Position numbers and translations under genes: made by a program
Shown: one piece after another, positions 20,421-30,740 of the stretch
Position numbering within the stretch: position 1 is the stretch's first letter
Layout of the letters: every line of letters starts with the position of its first letter
NCBI GenBank assembly: GCA_964416845.1
Contig: CAYQFV010000003.1
Coordinates: forward strand, 1 to 59,594
Origin: an uncultured Phycisphaeraceae bacterium
GTDB taxonomy: Bacteria; Planctomycetota; Phycisphaerae; UBA1845
DNA: 59,594 nucleotides
Direction of reading: 5' to 3'
Notes under the pieces: generated by a model
Databases searched by the model: none
What the model was told of the DNA's origin: nothing
What the model saw: only the letters and a program-made list of their open reading frames with translations

Positions 20421-21650
20421 TTAGCACAGAACCTTTTCGACGCGCTCGAATGCCCAGTCGACTTCTTCCTTGGTGATGACCAGCGGCGGGGCTAGTCGGA
20501 TCACCTGGTCGTGCGTTTCCTTGCACAGCAACCCTTCGGCCATGAGCTGCTCGCAGAGCGGCCGCGCCTTGCCGGCGGATTCCTTGATGACGATGCCGAT
20601 CCACAAGCCTCGTCCGCGAACGAAGTCGATTTTGTCGGACTTGAGGTTGCGAAGTCTGGTCATGAGGTCTTCGCCCAGCAGCTTGGCATTGTTCTGCATT
20701 TCGCCTGTCTTGAGAATCTCGATGACCTTTCGCGCAACGGCGCACGCGAGCGGATTGCCGCCGAACGTGCTGCCGTGGTCGCCGGGCGTGAACACGCTGA
20801 GAATCTCGCGTGACGACACGACCGCGGAGATCGGCATGATGCCACCCCCGAGAGCCTTGCCAAGGATGAAAATGTCCGGCTGCACGCCCTCGTGCTCGCA
20901 GGCGAACGTCGCGCCAGTGCGCCCGAGTCCGGATTGAATCTCGTCGGCGATGAACAGGACGTTGTTCTGCGTGCACACTTCGCGAACCTCTCGCAGGTAT
21001 CCGTCGGGTGGTACAACGACGCCCGCTTCACCCTGAATGGGTTCAACCAGAAAGCCGACCGTGTTCGCGTCGATGGCGTTCTTGAGCGCGTCGATGTCGC
21101 CGTACTTGACGATCTCAAAACCGGGCGTGAACGGGCCAAACCCTTCGCGACATTGCGGGTCGGTGCTGAAGCTGATGACGGTGGTGGTTCGCCCGTGGAA
21201 ATTGTCGGTGCAGCAGATGATTTTGGCCTGATCCGCGGGAACGCCTTTGCGGGTATATCCCCATTTGCGGGCGGTTTTGATGGCGGTTTCGACGCCCTCA
21301 GCACCGGTGTTCATGGGCAGAACCGCCTCCATCGAGCACAGAGCGGCCAACTCCCGACACAGTGGGCCGAGTTGGTCGTTGTGGAACGCTCGCGACGTCA
21401 GCGTGACGCGGTCGAGTTGCTCCTTGGCGACGGCGACTAGATCCGGTCGACCGTGGCCGAAGTTGACGGCTGAGTACGCAGCCAGCATGTCCATGTATCG
21501 TTTTCCGTCGACATCCTCGACCCAAACGCCGCTCGCCTTGGCGACGACCACCGGGAGCGGGTGATAGTTGTGCGCGCCGTACGTTCCAACGAGTTCGATG
21601 TGCTGTGCCCCGGTCAATGCCGACGCCTGATCCTGCACCTGAGTATTCAT
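20421..21650 (-). CDS. rocD: Ornithine aminotransferase (class III PLP)
   Basis: GAHNYHPLPVV, LTSRAFHND, PMNTGAEGVETA, NFHGRT, EPIQGEAG, DEIQSGLGRTG, GKALGGG, HGSTFGGNP. Confidence 0.93.
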   Translation of the reverse strand: MNTQVQDQASALTGAQHIELVGTYGAHNYHPLPVVVAKASGVWVEDVDGKRYMDMLAAYSAVNFGHGRPDLVAVAKEQLDRVTLTSRAFHNDQLGPLCRELAALCSMEAVLPMNTGAEGVETAIKTARKWGYTRKGVPADQAKIICCTDNFHGRTTTVISFSTDPQCREGFGPFTPGFEIVKYGDIDALKNAIDANTVGFLVEPIQGEAGVVVPPDGYLREVREVCTQNNVLFIADEIQSGLGRTGATFACEHEGVQPDIFILGKALGGGIMPISAVVSSREILSVFTPGDHGSTFGGNPLACAVARKVIEILKTGEMQNNAKLLGEDLMTRLRNLKSDKIDFVRGRGLWIGIVIKESAGKARPLCEQLMAEGLLCKETHDQVIRLAPPLVITKEEVDWAFERVEKVLC

Positions 21651-21908
21651 TCCAATTCCCTCTGTAAAACGCCTTCTCGTTCGCTGGTCATTTCTTCGAT
21701 GGTTCGCCCACGCCGTCGTGGCTACCGACGGGCGAACGCGGTCGCGCGCCAGACCACTCATATCAAAGTCGGTCACCACAATCAACCCAACCTCGGGTTG
21801 CGGATGTGTTTTGCCGATGTCGCTGGTCGGGTCGCTCGCGGTTGACCGCTTCCTGGCGGACGCGGATGACGCGCGCGGATGCCCCGCGAGAGCGGGCGTG
21901 ACGGAGGG

Positions 21909-24900
21909 CTAGACACCGGCAGGTTCTGCGGCGGTCGGGGCTGCTTCGCTGACGCGTGGGGATGGTACGTCGGTGTTGGGAATCTGAAACGGAATGGGTG
22001 TGCGGGAGCGGCCGAAGAGCTTCACGCTGTTCGGTCCGAGAATCTGAATCGCCTTTCGAGCGAAATCAGCTGAAAAACCGACGCGATGTTGCTGATCGCA
22101 ACGCAGCGTGATGAGCATGTCGTCCGGCGACCTGATTTGTAAGTAAATTTCCTTGTCACCGCGATGCTCGGTGAACAGGGCAGCCAGTTTGCTCAACAGC
22201 GGTTCGGGATCTCCGACGTTTGGCACGATGAGGCAAATGCTTTGCGACAACACGGCCGGCGCGGCGGCGGCGGGGATCACGTCGGACACGCGCAGGCAGG
22301 GGTCTTCGCGCTTGCGATCCACCTGTCCGCACAAGAACACAATGCTGTCGGGCGTCAGCATGGGGCGAAGCTTGTCGAGACTGTTGGGAAACACGATCCC
22401 CTCGATCGAGCCTTTGAGGTCTTCGAGCTTGACGATGCCCATTTTCTTCCCTGCTTTGGTGAGGATGGCCCGCATCGACGAGACCATTCCACCCAGCACG
22501 ACCTCGCTCCCCTCACCCATCGTCGAAAGATCGACGGTGCTGCACGATGCGCAGGCGGTGATCAATTCGCTTGCGCCGGCGAGCGGATGGCGGGTGACGT
22601 AGAACCCGAGGGCGGCCTTCTCTCGGGCGAGCATTTCGGCTTCGTTCCACTCGTCGACCGGCAGGGGTGGCTCGCCGTGGTCGGCAAGTTGTTGTTCGCC
22701 GAAGAGGCCCATCTGCCCGGTTCGCTTGTCTTTCTGGGCCTTCTGACCGAAGTCGATCGCGGAATCCAACACGAGCGTTAGCGCCTTTCTCATAGCGCCG
22801 GTGCGATCGAACGCCCCGCAGTTGATGAGGGCTTCCATCGCCGCGCGATTGCAGGCTGACAGGTCAACCCGTTCGCAAAAGTCGTAGATGCTCCTAAACT
22901 CGCCGCCGTCGTCACGGGCATTTCGTATGGCGATGACGGCCTTTTCACCGACACCCTTGACCGCCCCGAGCCCGAAGCGAATGACGCGTTGCGACCGACC
23001 GTCGCGCTGGATGGTGTCGACGGTGAAGTCGTTGTCAGACGTGTTGATGTCGGGCGGCAGGACTGTGATCCCGATACGTTTGCATTCTTCGAAACAGCCC
23101 AAGACCTTGTCGCTGTTGGACATTTCGAATGTCAGAACGGCGGCCATAAATTCGACCGGGAAGTACGCTTTGAGATACGCGGTCTTGAACGCGACCAGCG
23201 CGTATCCCGTCGAATGGGCCTTGTTGAAGGCGTAGCCACCGAATTTGAGGATGTCTTCGAATACCTTCTCCGCATCTTGTCGCGACACGCCGTTGGCGGT
23301 GCAGCCGGAATAAAACGGTTCACGCTCCGCCTCGATCATCGACGTCTTCTTCTTGCTGATCGCCTTGGCCAATCGAAACGCGCGTTTTAGTTCGATGTTC
23401 CCCAGCCGGTTGACCAATCGCGACACCTGCTCTTGATAGACCATGATGCCGTAGGTTTCCGACAGCACGTCGGTCATGATGGGGTGGGCGGTGGTCCAGG
23501 CTTCGCCATGCTTGCGAGCTACGTAGGCGTCGATGTATTGCATGGGACCGGGGCGGAACAGGGCGTTGGCGGCGATTAAGTCTTCGATGCGATTCGGCTT
23601 CATGCGCATGATGACGTCGCGCATGCCGTCGGATTCAAACTGAAACACGCCCTTGGTCTCGCCGCGTGCGAAAAGCGAATACACGCGCTGATCCGTCAGA
23701 TCGAGCTTGTCCAGATTCAGCGGTTTGCCGGTGGACTTCTCCACCAACTGCTTGGCCCGTTCGATGGTCGTTAGCGTGCGCAGGCCGAGAAAATCGAATT
23801 TGAGAAGACCGACCTTTTCGACCGTGGGCCCGTCGTACTGCGTTACAATCTGATCTTCGGTAGGCGGCTTGTAGAGCGGAAGAAACGAGTCCAAGCGCTC
23901 GTCAGCGACCACGATGCCCGCCGCGTGGACGCCTGCGTGACGAGACAGGCCTTCGAGTTTGCGGGCGATGTCGATGATCTTCTTGGTCTCGCCGTCGCGG
24001 TTGTAGCGGGCTTTCAATTCCGGTTCCGCTTCGAGTGCCCGGTCGATCGTGATGTTCAACTCAGCCGGGATGAGGTTGGTCAGCTCGGTCGCTTCCTTGA
24101 ACCCCATGCCCATCACGCGGGCAACGTCCTTGACGGCGGCCTTCGCTTTCAGCGTTCCGAATGTGATGATTTGAGCAACGTGTCCGTACTTGCTGCGAAC
24201 GTAATCGATGACCGCTCCACGATTGGTTTGACACATGTCGACGTCGATATCGGGCATCTCGTCGCGATCGGGGTCCATGAAACGTTCGAAGTACAAGCCG
24301 TATCGCAACGGGTCAGGCTCGGAGATGCCCAGGCAATAGCTGACCACCGAGCTGCACCCGCTGCCGCGTGCGCCGCACGGAATGCCCTGCTCGCGGGCGT
24401 AGTTCATGAAATCCCAGACGATCAGGAAATAGCCGCTGAAACCCTTGCTCGAAATCACGCCGAGTTCGTAGTCGATGCGCTCGTGGACTTCCTTGTTGAA
24501 ATCGTCGTATCGCTCCTCCGCGCCGCGGTAGACCAACTCGCGAAGGTATTCGTCCTCACCACGATCGGACGGCAGGCGGTACACCGGCGAGTGTCGTTTG
24601 TTGAATTGCAGGTCCACGTTGCACAAGTCCGCGACGCGAAGGGTGTTGGCGATCGCATCGGGTCGATCGACGAACAGGGCGGCCATCTCGTCGGACGACT
24701 TAAAATAGAACTGGTCTGACGGGAACTTCAGACGGTTTTCTTCGGTGACGAGGCTGCGCGTACTGATGCAGCAGAGCACGTCGTGGGCTTCGGAATCGGA
24801 GTGTTCGAGGTAGTGTACGTCGTTGGTGGCGATGATCGCCACGCCCAACCGGTCGGCAATGTCGATCAACTCCGGGTTGATCATCCGCTGCTCGTCCATG

Positions 24901-25442
24901 TTGTGCTGCTGAAGCTCGATGAAGAATCGATCCGGCCCGAAGATGTCCAGATACGTTTTGGCGATCTCCTCCGCCCGTTTGCGATCATGTCGCAACAGCG
25001 CCTGCGGAATCTCCGCTCCCAAGCACGTGCTGGTGCACAGCAGGCCGGCTGCGTGTTCTCGCAGCGTTTCCTTGTCGATTCGGGGTCGATAGTAGAACCC
25101 CTCGAGGTAGCCGATGCTCGCCAGCTTCAGCAGGTTGTGATAGCCCTCGTTGTTCATCGCGAGAAGCAGGAGGTGGTAGCTTGCTTCCTTCATGCGCGAC
25201 TGTTTGACGCGTCGATCGTTGGGGGCCATGTACGTTTCGCAGCCGATGATCGGCTTGACCCCCGCGGCGACCGCAGCATTGTAAAACTCGATCGCACCGA
25301 ACAAATTGCCGTGGTCGGTGACCGCGACGGCGGGCATGTCCATCGCCTTGGCGGTCTCGACGAGCGGCTTCAGGCGAGTCGCGCCGTCGAGCAAGCTGTA
25401 GTGCGTGTGTACATGAAGATGAACGAACGAATTCGCGGGCAT
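21909..25442 (-). CDS. dnaE: DNA polymerase III alpha subunit
   Basis: PHP domain HLHVHTHYSLLDG, GARGSG, MPDIDVD, GYAFNKAHS, C-terminal OB fold; no intein-sized insertion. Confidence 0.97.
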   Translation of the reverse strand: MPANSFVHLHVHTHYSLLDGATRLKPLVETAKAMDMPAVAVTDHGNLFGAIEFYNAAVAAGVKPIIGCETYMAPNDRRVKQSRMKEASYHLLLLAMNNEGYHNLLKLASIGYLEGFYYRPRIDKETLREHAAGLLCTSTCLGAEIPQALLRHDRKRAEEIAKTYLDIFGPDRFFIELQQHNMDEQRMINPELIDIADRLGVAIIATNDVHYLEHSDSEAHDVLCCISTRSLVTEENRLKFPSDQFYFKSSDEMAALFVDRPDAIANTLRVADLCNVDLQFNKRHSPVYRLPSDRGEDEYLRELVYRGAEERYDDFNKEVHERIDYELGVISSKGFSGYFLIVWDFMNYAREQGIPCGARGSGCSSVVSYCLGISEPDPLRYGLYFERFMDPDRDEMPDIDVDMCQTNRGAVIDYVRSKYGHVAQIITFGTLKAKAAVKDVARVMGMGFKEATELTNLIPAELNITIDRALEAEPELKARYNRDGETKKIIDIARKLEGLSRHAGVHAAGIVVADERLDSFLPLYKPPTEDQIVTQYDGPTVEKVGLLKFDFLGLRTLTTIERAKQLVEKSTGKPLNLDKLDLTDQRVYSLFARGETKGVFQFESDGMRDVIMRMKPNRIEDLIAANALFRPGPMQYIDAYVARKHGEAWTTAHPIMTDVLSETYGIMVYQEQVSRLVNRLGNIELKRAFRLAKAISKKKTSMIEAEREPFYSGCTANGVSRQDAEKVFEDILKFGGYAFNKAHSTGYALVAFKTAYLKAYFPVEFMAAVLTFEMSNSDKVLGCFEECKRIGITVLPPDINTSDNDFTVDTIQRDGRSQRVIRFGLGAVKGVGEKAVIAIRNARDDGGEFRSIYDFCERVDLSACNRAAMEALINCGAFDRTGAMRKALTLVLDSAIDFGQKAQKDKRTGQMGLFGEQQLADHGEPPLPVDEWNEAEMLAREKAALGFYVTRHPLAGASELITACASCSTVDLSTMGEGSEVVLGGMVSSMRAILTKAGKKMGIVKLEDLKGSIEGIVFPNSLDKLRPMLTPDSIVFLCGQVDRKREDPCLRVSDVIPAAAAPAVLSQSICLIVPNVGDPEPLLSKLAALFTEHRGDKEIYLQIRSPDDMLITLRCDQQHRVGFSADFARKAIQILGPNSVKLFGRSRTPIPFQIPNTDVPSPRVSEAAPTAAEPAGV

Positions 25443-25674
25443 TGGCCGACGGTGCTCCGTCACGAGCCGAAAGGGCGGTAGGAAAACAACACCATGATCG
25501 ATGCCCATCGTACGCCAACGACCCGGCCGGTCAAACGAGAACGAATGCTCGTCAGGCGGCGCCTGTGTGTTGTTCGGCGCGTGCTCAACAACGTATTGAA
25601 TTCGATGCAGTTATATGGATTTCGTCAGAATTGGCCCTGATGCGCGGCATCTTCCGGTGTCGTGGCGTGAAGCG

Positions 25675-27339
25675 TTACCGCCGCCAGGCGTGCCTGGCAG
25701 CGATGGGCATCCGCCGGCCGCTGCCAAACGCCCGGCTGGTCACCTTCAAGCCGGTCGCTGCTTGGATGCGTTTGTATTCGTTGCGGTCAACTCTCCCGAT
25801 GACGTCGCGCACCAACTTCTCATCGAATCCGGCGGTGACGATCTCCGCGACGGCTTCGTCGCGCTCAACGTACCGTTCAAGAATAGCGTCAAGGACGTCG
25901 TACGCCGGCAAGCTGTCCTGATCGGTTTGACATTCACGCAGCTCTGCGGACGGCGGTTTGGTGATGGTGTTCTCCGGAATGATCGCTCGGCCTGCGTGGT
26001 CGTTGATGTGTGTCGCCAGTTGATACACCATGGTCTTGGGGACGTCACTGAGGACCGCCAGCCCGCCGCACATGTCGCCGTAAAGCGTGCAATAGCCGAC
26101 GGCTAGCTCGCTCTTGTTGCCCGTAGTCAGGAGCAGCCAGCCGAATTTGTTTGATAGGGACATCAGAATACCGCCGCGAATCCGGGCTTGAATGTTCTCC
26201 TCGGTCACGTCGGGCTGACGGCCGTCAAAATGGGGTTCGAGCACGCGTTCGACGACGTCGTGAATGTCCGAGATCGGAATCGAACGAAGGGGCAAGCCAA
26301 GATTGTCCGCCAGCATTCGCGCATCCGCCACGCTGTGTTCGCTGCTGTAGCGGGACGGCATGGCGACCAAATGCACGTGGTCCGCCCCAACCGCATCAGC
26401 CGCGATCACGGCGGTCACCGCGGAGTCTATTCCACCCGAAGCGCCGACGACGACGTCGGTGAACCCACACTTGTGTATGTAGTCTCGAGTGCCCAGCGCA
26501 AGGGCATCGTGAACCGACGCGACTCCTTCCGGCATCTTCTCGATACGGGTGGGCGACGCGTCCACATCGACGACGAGAAAATCTTCGGCGAACGATTTCG
26601 CCTGCGCGACGATCCGACCGTTCGAGTCGAGCACACCGCTCGCTCCATCGAATATCAGATCATCATTGCCGCCGACCTGATTCACATAGACCAGCGGCAG
26701 CCCCAGCCGCTTCGCCTTCGACGCGAACAAGGCCAAACGGTGTTGAGGCTTGTCGACCGAAAACGGGGATGCCCCGACGTTGACAATGATCTCCGCTCCG
26801 CCGGACGCTAACTCCGCAATCGGATCACCGCAGTACAAACGGCGCGCGAACACCTCGTCGTCGGCCCACATGTCCTCGCAAACGCTCAACCCGACGCGAT
26901 CGGTCGCGCCGTCCACAGCGACCGGGACGACGCACGCTTGCGTGCCCGGCTCGAAATAGCGAGATTCGTCAAACACGTCGTACGTTGGCAACAGCATCTT
27001 GGCGTAGGTGGTCTGCACGCTTCCGTTTGCACAAACCGCCACCGCGTTGAACAGTGGCTTGCCGCGGACTTCCGGGTTCAGTTGAACCACGCCGACGATG
27101 ACCGTGACGCGGCGCGCCGATTCGGCGATCCGTTCCAACGCAATCCTGTTCGCCTCCACGAACGACGTCTTCAGCAGGAGATCCTGCGGCGGGTATCCGG
27201 TGATGGCCAACTCCGGAAAGACCACGATGTCTGCTTTGGCGTCTGTCGCCGCAGCGATATGTTCCATGATCTTTGCCGTGTTCCCGTCCACGTCGCCGAC
27301 GATGGGATTCATTTGTGCGAGCGCAACAATCATTAACAT
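25675..27339 (-). CDS. nadE: Glutamine-dependent NAD+ synthetase
   Basis: Nitrilase domain (VFPEL, K, SVCEDMW) plus synthetase domain (ASGGIDS, ENIQARIRG, TGNKSE, YCTLYGD). Confidence 0.95.
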   Translation of the reverse strand: MLMIVALAQMNPIVGDVDGNTAKIMEHIAAATDAKADIVVFPELAITGYPPQDLLLKTSFVEANRIALERIAESARRVTVIVGVVQLNPEVRGKPLFNAVAVCANGSVQTTYAKMLLPTYDVFDESRYFEPGTQACVVPVAVDGATDRVGLSVCEDMWADDEVFARRLYCGDPIAELASGGAEIIVNVGASPFSVDKPQHRLALFASKAKRLGLPLVYVNQVGGNDDLIFDGASGVLDSNGRIVAQAKSFAEDFLVVDVDASPTRIEKMPEGVASVHDALALGTRDYIHKCGFTDVVVGASGGIDSAVTAVIAADAVGADHVHLVAMPSRYSSEHSVADARMLADNLGLPLRSIPISDIHDVVERVLEPHFDGRQPDVTEENIQARIRGGILMSLSNKFGWLLLTTGNKSELAVGYCTLYGDMCGGLAVLSDVPKTMVYQLATHINDHAGRAIIPENTITKPPSAELRECQTDQDSLPAYDVLDAILERYVERDEAVAEIVTAGFDEKLVRDVIGRVDRNEYKRIQAATGLKVTSRAFGSGRRMPIAARHAWRR

Positions 27340-27528
27340 AGCGTCCAAACGAGCGATCCATCGGGACTCGTGTCATTCCGGCGAGCGATTCGACCGCCTG
27401 TTGCCGACCGCCGGCGTGCATCCCTCCGTCGCTTCAGCCGGGCATTGTTGCACCGGTGACCCCGGGGTGTCCACATAGACGCCCAAAAAGTGTAGAATTC
27501 CCCAAGCCTGAGAAAGGAGACAATCTCC

Positions 27529-27753
27529 GTGAAGACGTTACGTTTCAACATCGACGGGATGCATTGTGACGGCTGTGTCGGTTCTGTCCGCGGCGAGCTT
27601 GAACGCTTGAACGGCGTGACCGCCAGCGAGGTCGACCTGCATCACGCCGATGTGTCGTTCGACGAGTCCTCGTGCGGTGCAGCGGAAATCGTGGCGGCCA
27701 TCCAAGCCGCCGGATCGTTCAACGTGACGGGTTTTGTCCCCGTTGAGGAGTAA
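27529..27753 (+). CDS. copZ: Heavy-metal-associated domain copper chaperone (CopZ-like)
   Basis: GMHCDGC motif in a 74-aa protein; AAGGAG RBS; directly upstream of the ATPase. Confidence 0.85.
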   Translation: MKTLRFNIDGMHCDGCVGSVRGELERLNGVTASEVDLHHADVSFDESSCGAAEIVAAIQAAGSFNVTGFVPVEE

Positions 27754-30037
27754 CGCCATCGCCGCACCACCAGCCACGGTCTCGCCGAGTAATGAAACCG
27801 TTCGCAAACTGCGCATCGTGGGGATGACCTGCGGAAGCTGCGTTGCGCGCGTGGAACGCGCTCTTCAATCGGTCGACGGCGTGCGGGAAGCGCGCGTCAA
27901 TCTCACCACCGAGACAGCCACCGTCAACGTCGAAAACGATGCGATCACGCCCGACAGCCTCATCCAGGCTGTCCGCGACGCGGGATACGACGCCGAACGA
28001 AGCCGCGGCGGATCCGATGCCCAACGAGTACGCGATTCCACACACCAGGTACAGTTGCGGGAACAGCGTCAAGCCATGGTCCAGGCAATCGGCCTGGGAG
28101 TTCCCATCGTCGCGCTCGACTTCCTCGCTCCAATGCTCGAATCGTCGCTCCCGGGTAGTCACGTCTGGTGGCGTGTTCTGCAAGGGGCATTGTGCACGAT
28201 GCTGCTCAGGTCACCCGCCGGCGCGCCCATACTCGTCGGGGGGCTTCGGGCGGTCATCCATCGTTCCGCCAACATGGACGTGCTCATCACGCTCGGCGTG
28301 ACGAGTGCCTACCTTTTCAGCGTCGCAAGTGTATTCCTCCCGTCCCTGTCGGCCTTTCACTTTGGCGCGGCGGCGATGATTCTCGCGTTCATCAACGTCG
28401 GCAAGTTCTTCGAGCTGCGCGCCCGCCGTGAGGCGTCGGGTGCGGTCGCGGCGCTGGCGCGTCGCATGCCGAAGACGGGCGTGCGCGTGACCAACGGAGA
28501 GATTGAGACTGTTCCCATCGACGACATCAAAGTCGGCGACATGCTCCGGGTCACCGAGGACAACGTCGTCCCGGTCGACGGCGTGGTCGTGTCCGGGTCC
28601 GCGGCGCTCGACCAATCCGCCATGACGGGCGAGTCGATTCCCGTCGCCCGCCGCACCGGCGATGACGTTCTCGCCGGCTGCATCGTTCGTGAAGGTTCGA
28701 TCAATATTCGGGCGACCGCCTTGGGTGCTGATTCCGCAATCGGAGCGATCATACAGGCTGTCGACAATGCCCAGACCGGCAAGACGCAAATGCAACGCAT
28801 CGCCGACAAGGTGGCTGGTGTGTTCGTTCCGGTCGTGGTCACCATCGCGGTCGTTACGCTGATCGGATGGTCCATCGCGGGCGCACCGTTCTCCGACGCC
28901 CTGACAGCTGCCATCGCCGTTCTCGTCATTGCCTGCCCATGCGCGATGGGACTAGCCACGCCCACGGCAGTTATGGTTGCGACGGGCAACGCCGCGTTGG
29001 ATGGCATTCTGGTGCGAGACGCAGCCGCGCTCGAAGCTGCCGGCAAGGTCGACACGATTCTCTTCGACAAGACCGGAACGCTCACGACCGGAATGGCGAC
29101 CGTCAAAAAAGTGTTTGACGAGCCTGTCGGTCCGGTCACTCGCGACGAGAATGATGTTTTGCAGTTGGCGGCGTCCGCTGAACAGTTCTCGCAGCATCCG
29201 TTTGCTCGCGCCATCGTCGCGAGCGCGAAATCCTCTCAGATGTCCTTGGCCGATCCGGCCTCTTTCCAAAGCGAGGCGGGTTTTGGCGTCAGCGCGACGA
29301 TCGACGATAAGGCGGTCCTGGTGGGTAGCCCGGCGTTCATGGCGAAACACGAAATCGACCTGACACCGTTGGAAGATCGCATGGAAACCATGGCGATGGA
29401 TGGGCAGTCGATCGTGGTACTGGCGGTCGACGGTCACGTCGCGGGATTGATCGGGTTGACCGACACCATTCGCACCGGTGCTGCCGAGGCGATTGAACGC
29501 GTCGAGCGGATGGGCATCGCAACTGCGATGATCACCGGAGATCACTCACACACTGCTCAAGCGGTCGCTGCGTCGGTGGGCATTAAAGACGTCGCCGCCG
29601 AGACGCGTCCGCAGGACAAGCTCGCCGAAGTCGCACGCCGGCAGCAGCACGGTCGGCGCGTCGCCTTCGTGGGAGACGGGATTAACGACGCACCAGCGCT
29701 GACCGCTGCGGATGTGGGCATTGCGTTCGCCGCCGGAACCGACGTCGCGAACGCCGCCGCCGACATTACGCTGGTCAGCGACGATCTCTCCCTCATTCCA
29801 GAAGCCGTCGACATGGCGCGCCGTAGCGTGCGCATCATCAAGGAAAACCTCTTCTGGGCGTTTTTCTACAACGCAGCAGCCATTCCCCTCGCCGCAACCG
29901 GACGAATTCACCCCGGCGTGGCGGCGGCGGCCATGATGGTCTCGTCGATCACCGTTGTGCTTAACTCGTTGCGTCTTCGCAAAAGACCGACGTCAGCCAG
30001 CAGACAGCACGCCCCAGTCAAGCCCAGCACGTCGTGA
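27734..30037 (+). CDS. copA: Copper-translocating P1B-type ATPase
   Basis: GMTCGSC, TGES, CPC, DKTGTLT, HP, GDGINDAP, YN and MxxSS metal-site motifs; start uncertain. Confidence 0.92.
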   Translation: MSPLRSNAIAAPPATVSPSNETVRKLRIVGMTCGSCVARVERALQSVDGVREARVNLTTETATVNVENDAITPDSLIQAVRDAGYDAERSRGGSDAQRVRDSTHQVQLREQRQAMVQAIGLGVPIVALDFLAPMLESSLPGSHVWWRVLQGALCTMLLRSPAGAPILVGGLRAVIHRSANMDVLITLGVTSAYLFSVASVFLPSLSAFHFGAAAMILAFINVGKFFELRARREASGAVAALARRMPKTGVRVTNGEIETVPIDDIKVGDMLRVTEDNVVPVDGVVVSGSAALDQSAMTGESIPVARRTGDDVLAGCIVREGSINIRATALGADSAIGAIIQAVDNAQTGKTQMQRIADKVAGVFVPVVVTIAVVTLIGWSIAGAPFSDALTAAIAVLVIACPCAMGLATPTAVMVATGNAALDGILVRDAAALEAAGKVDTILFDKTGTLTTGMATVKKVFDEPVGPVTRDENDVLQLAASAEQFSQHPFARAIVASAKSSQMSLADPASFQSEAGFGVSATIDDKAVLVGSPAFMAKHEIDLTPLEDRMETMAMDGQSIVVLAVDGHVAGLIGLTDTIRTGAAEAIERVERMGIATAMITGDHSHTAQAVAASVGIKDVAAETRPQDKLAEVARRQQHGRRVAFVGDGINDAPALTAADVGIAFAAGTDVANAAADITLVSDDLSLIPEAVDMARRSVRIIKENLFWAFFYNAAAIPLAATGRIHPGVAAAAMMVSSITVVLNSLRLRKRPTSASRQHAPVKPSTS

Positions 30038-30058
30038 CGACCGTGCACCCTTGCAGCT

Positions 30059-30556
30059 CTATTGTTGTGTCGGAGCGTCTCCGGTGTCCTGGTCGCTCCG
30101 ATACGCCCCACACTCGCAGGCTACGGTGAACTCTTCAGCCGATGATTTAAGGCGCTCCCACGACTGGCGAATCCGGTCGGCCTCAACGCCGTCGATATAG
30201 CCGTCGTCCTCGATGGAACGCGTCACCGTCAGTAGCAATTGGCTGAACTCCTTAACGAGCTTTTGCGTCTCGCCGAGCAGGTCCATTCGCGGGGGCTTGG
30301 CGGGGACCCTTGGATTGGAAACAAAAAAGCCTCCCGCTTCGTGACAAAGCCAGTTGACCACCGCCTTGCTCGATGTCACGCGGACGATGTCGGCCAGCCG
30401 ATCCAGCGGATTGCGAGCGCCGCTAGCGTCGGCATCCTCACGATTGGATTCTTGGCACCACTTGTACACCAGCGCCTGCGACAGTCGCAGTTCGGCAGCC
30501 AACGCCTTGACGCCGATATTCTCCGACGCCTCTCGAAGTACCTCATGCGATTGCAT
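30059..30556 (-). CDS. Phage regulatory CII-like helix-turn-helix protein
   Basis: N-terminal HTH (VKALAAELRLSQALVYKW), NPLDRL, WLCHEAGG, helical C-terminus. Confidence 0.55.
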   Translation of the reverse strand: MQSHEVLREASENIGVKALAAELRLSQALVYKWCQESNREDADASGARNPLDRLADIVRVTSSKAVVNWLCHEAGGFFVSNPRVPAKPPRMDLLGETQKLVKEFSQLLLTVTRSIEDDGYIDGVEADRIRQSWERLKSSAEEFTVACECGAYRSDQDTGDAPTQQ

Positions 30557-30740
30557 CGGTCATCCTCCCGCAGACACTTCTTGCCGGTCGCCCGGCAGAT
30601 CGCTGCTTGGATTCTTGCGATCGAATTCTCGGTTCGATTCCGAACGCCCCAACGGGCGACCAGCGAGTATAATCGACAATCGACCGGCGCGTCACCCGTA
30701 CGCGCGTCGCCTGGGACGGATAAAGATCCGACGGACGATC

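Noticed and set aside
21651-21908. Hairpins upstream of rocD as a possible riboswitch
   Set aside because: No riboswitch consensus recognised and no terminator U-tract; needs an Rfam scan
21909-25442. Possible intein in dnaE
   Set aside because: Normal length and continuous motifs
30059-30556. Prophage around the CII-like gene
   Set aside because: No integrase, structural genes or att repeats seen
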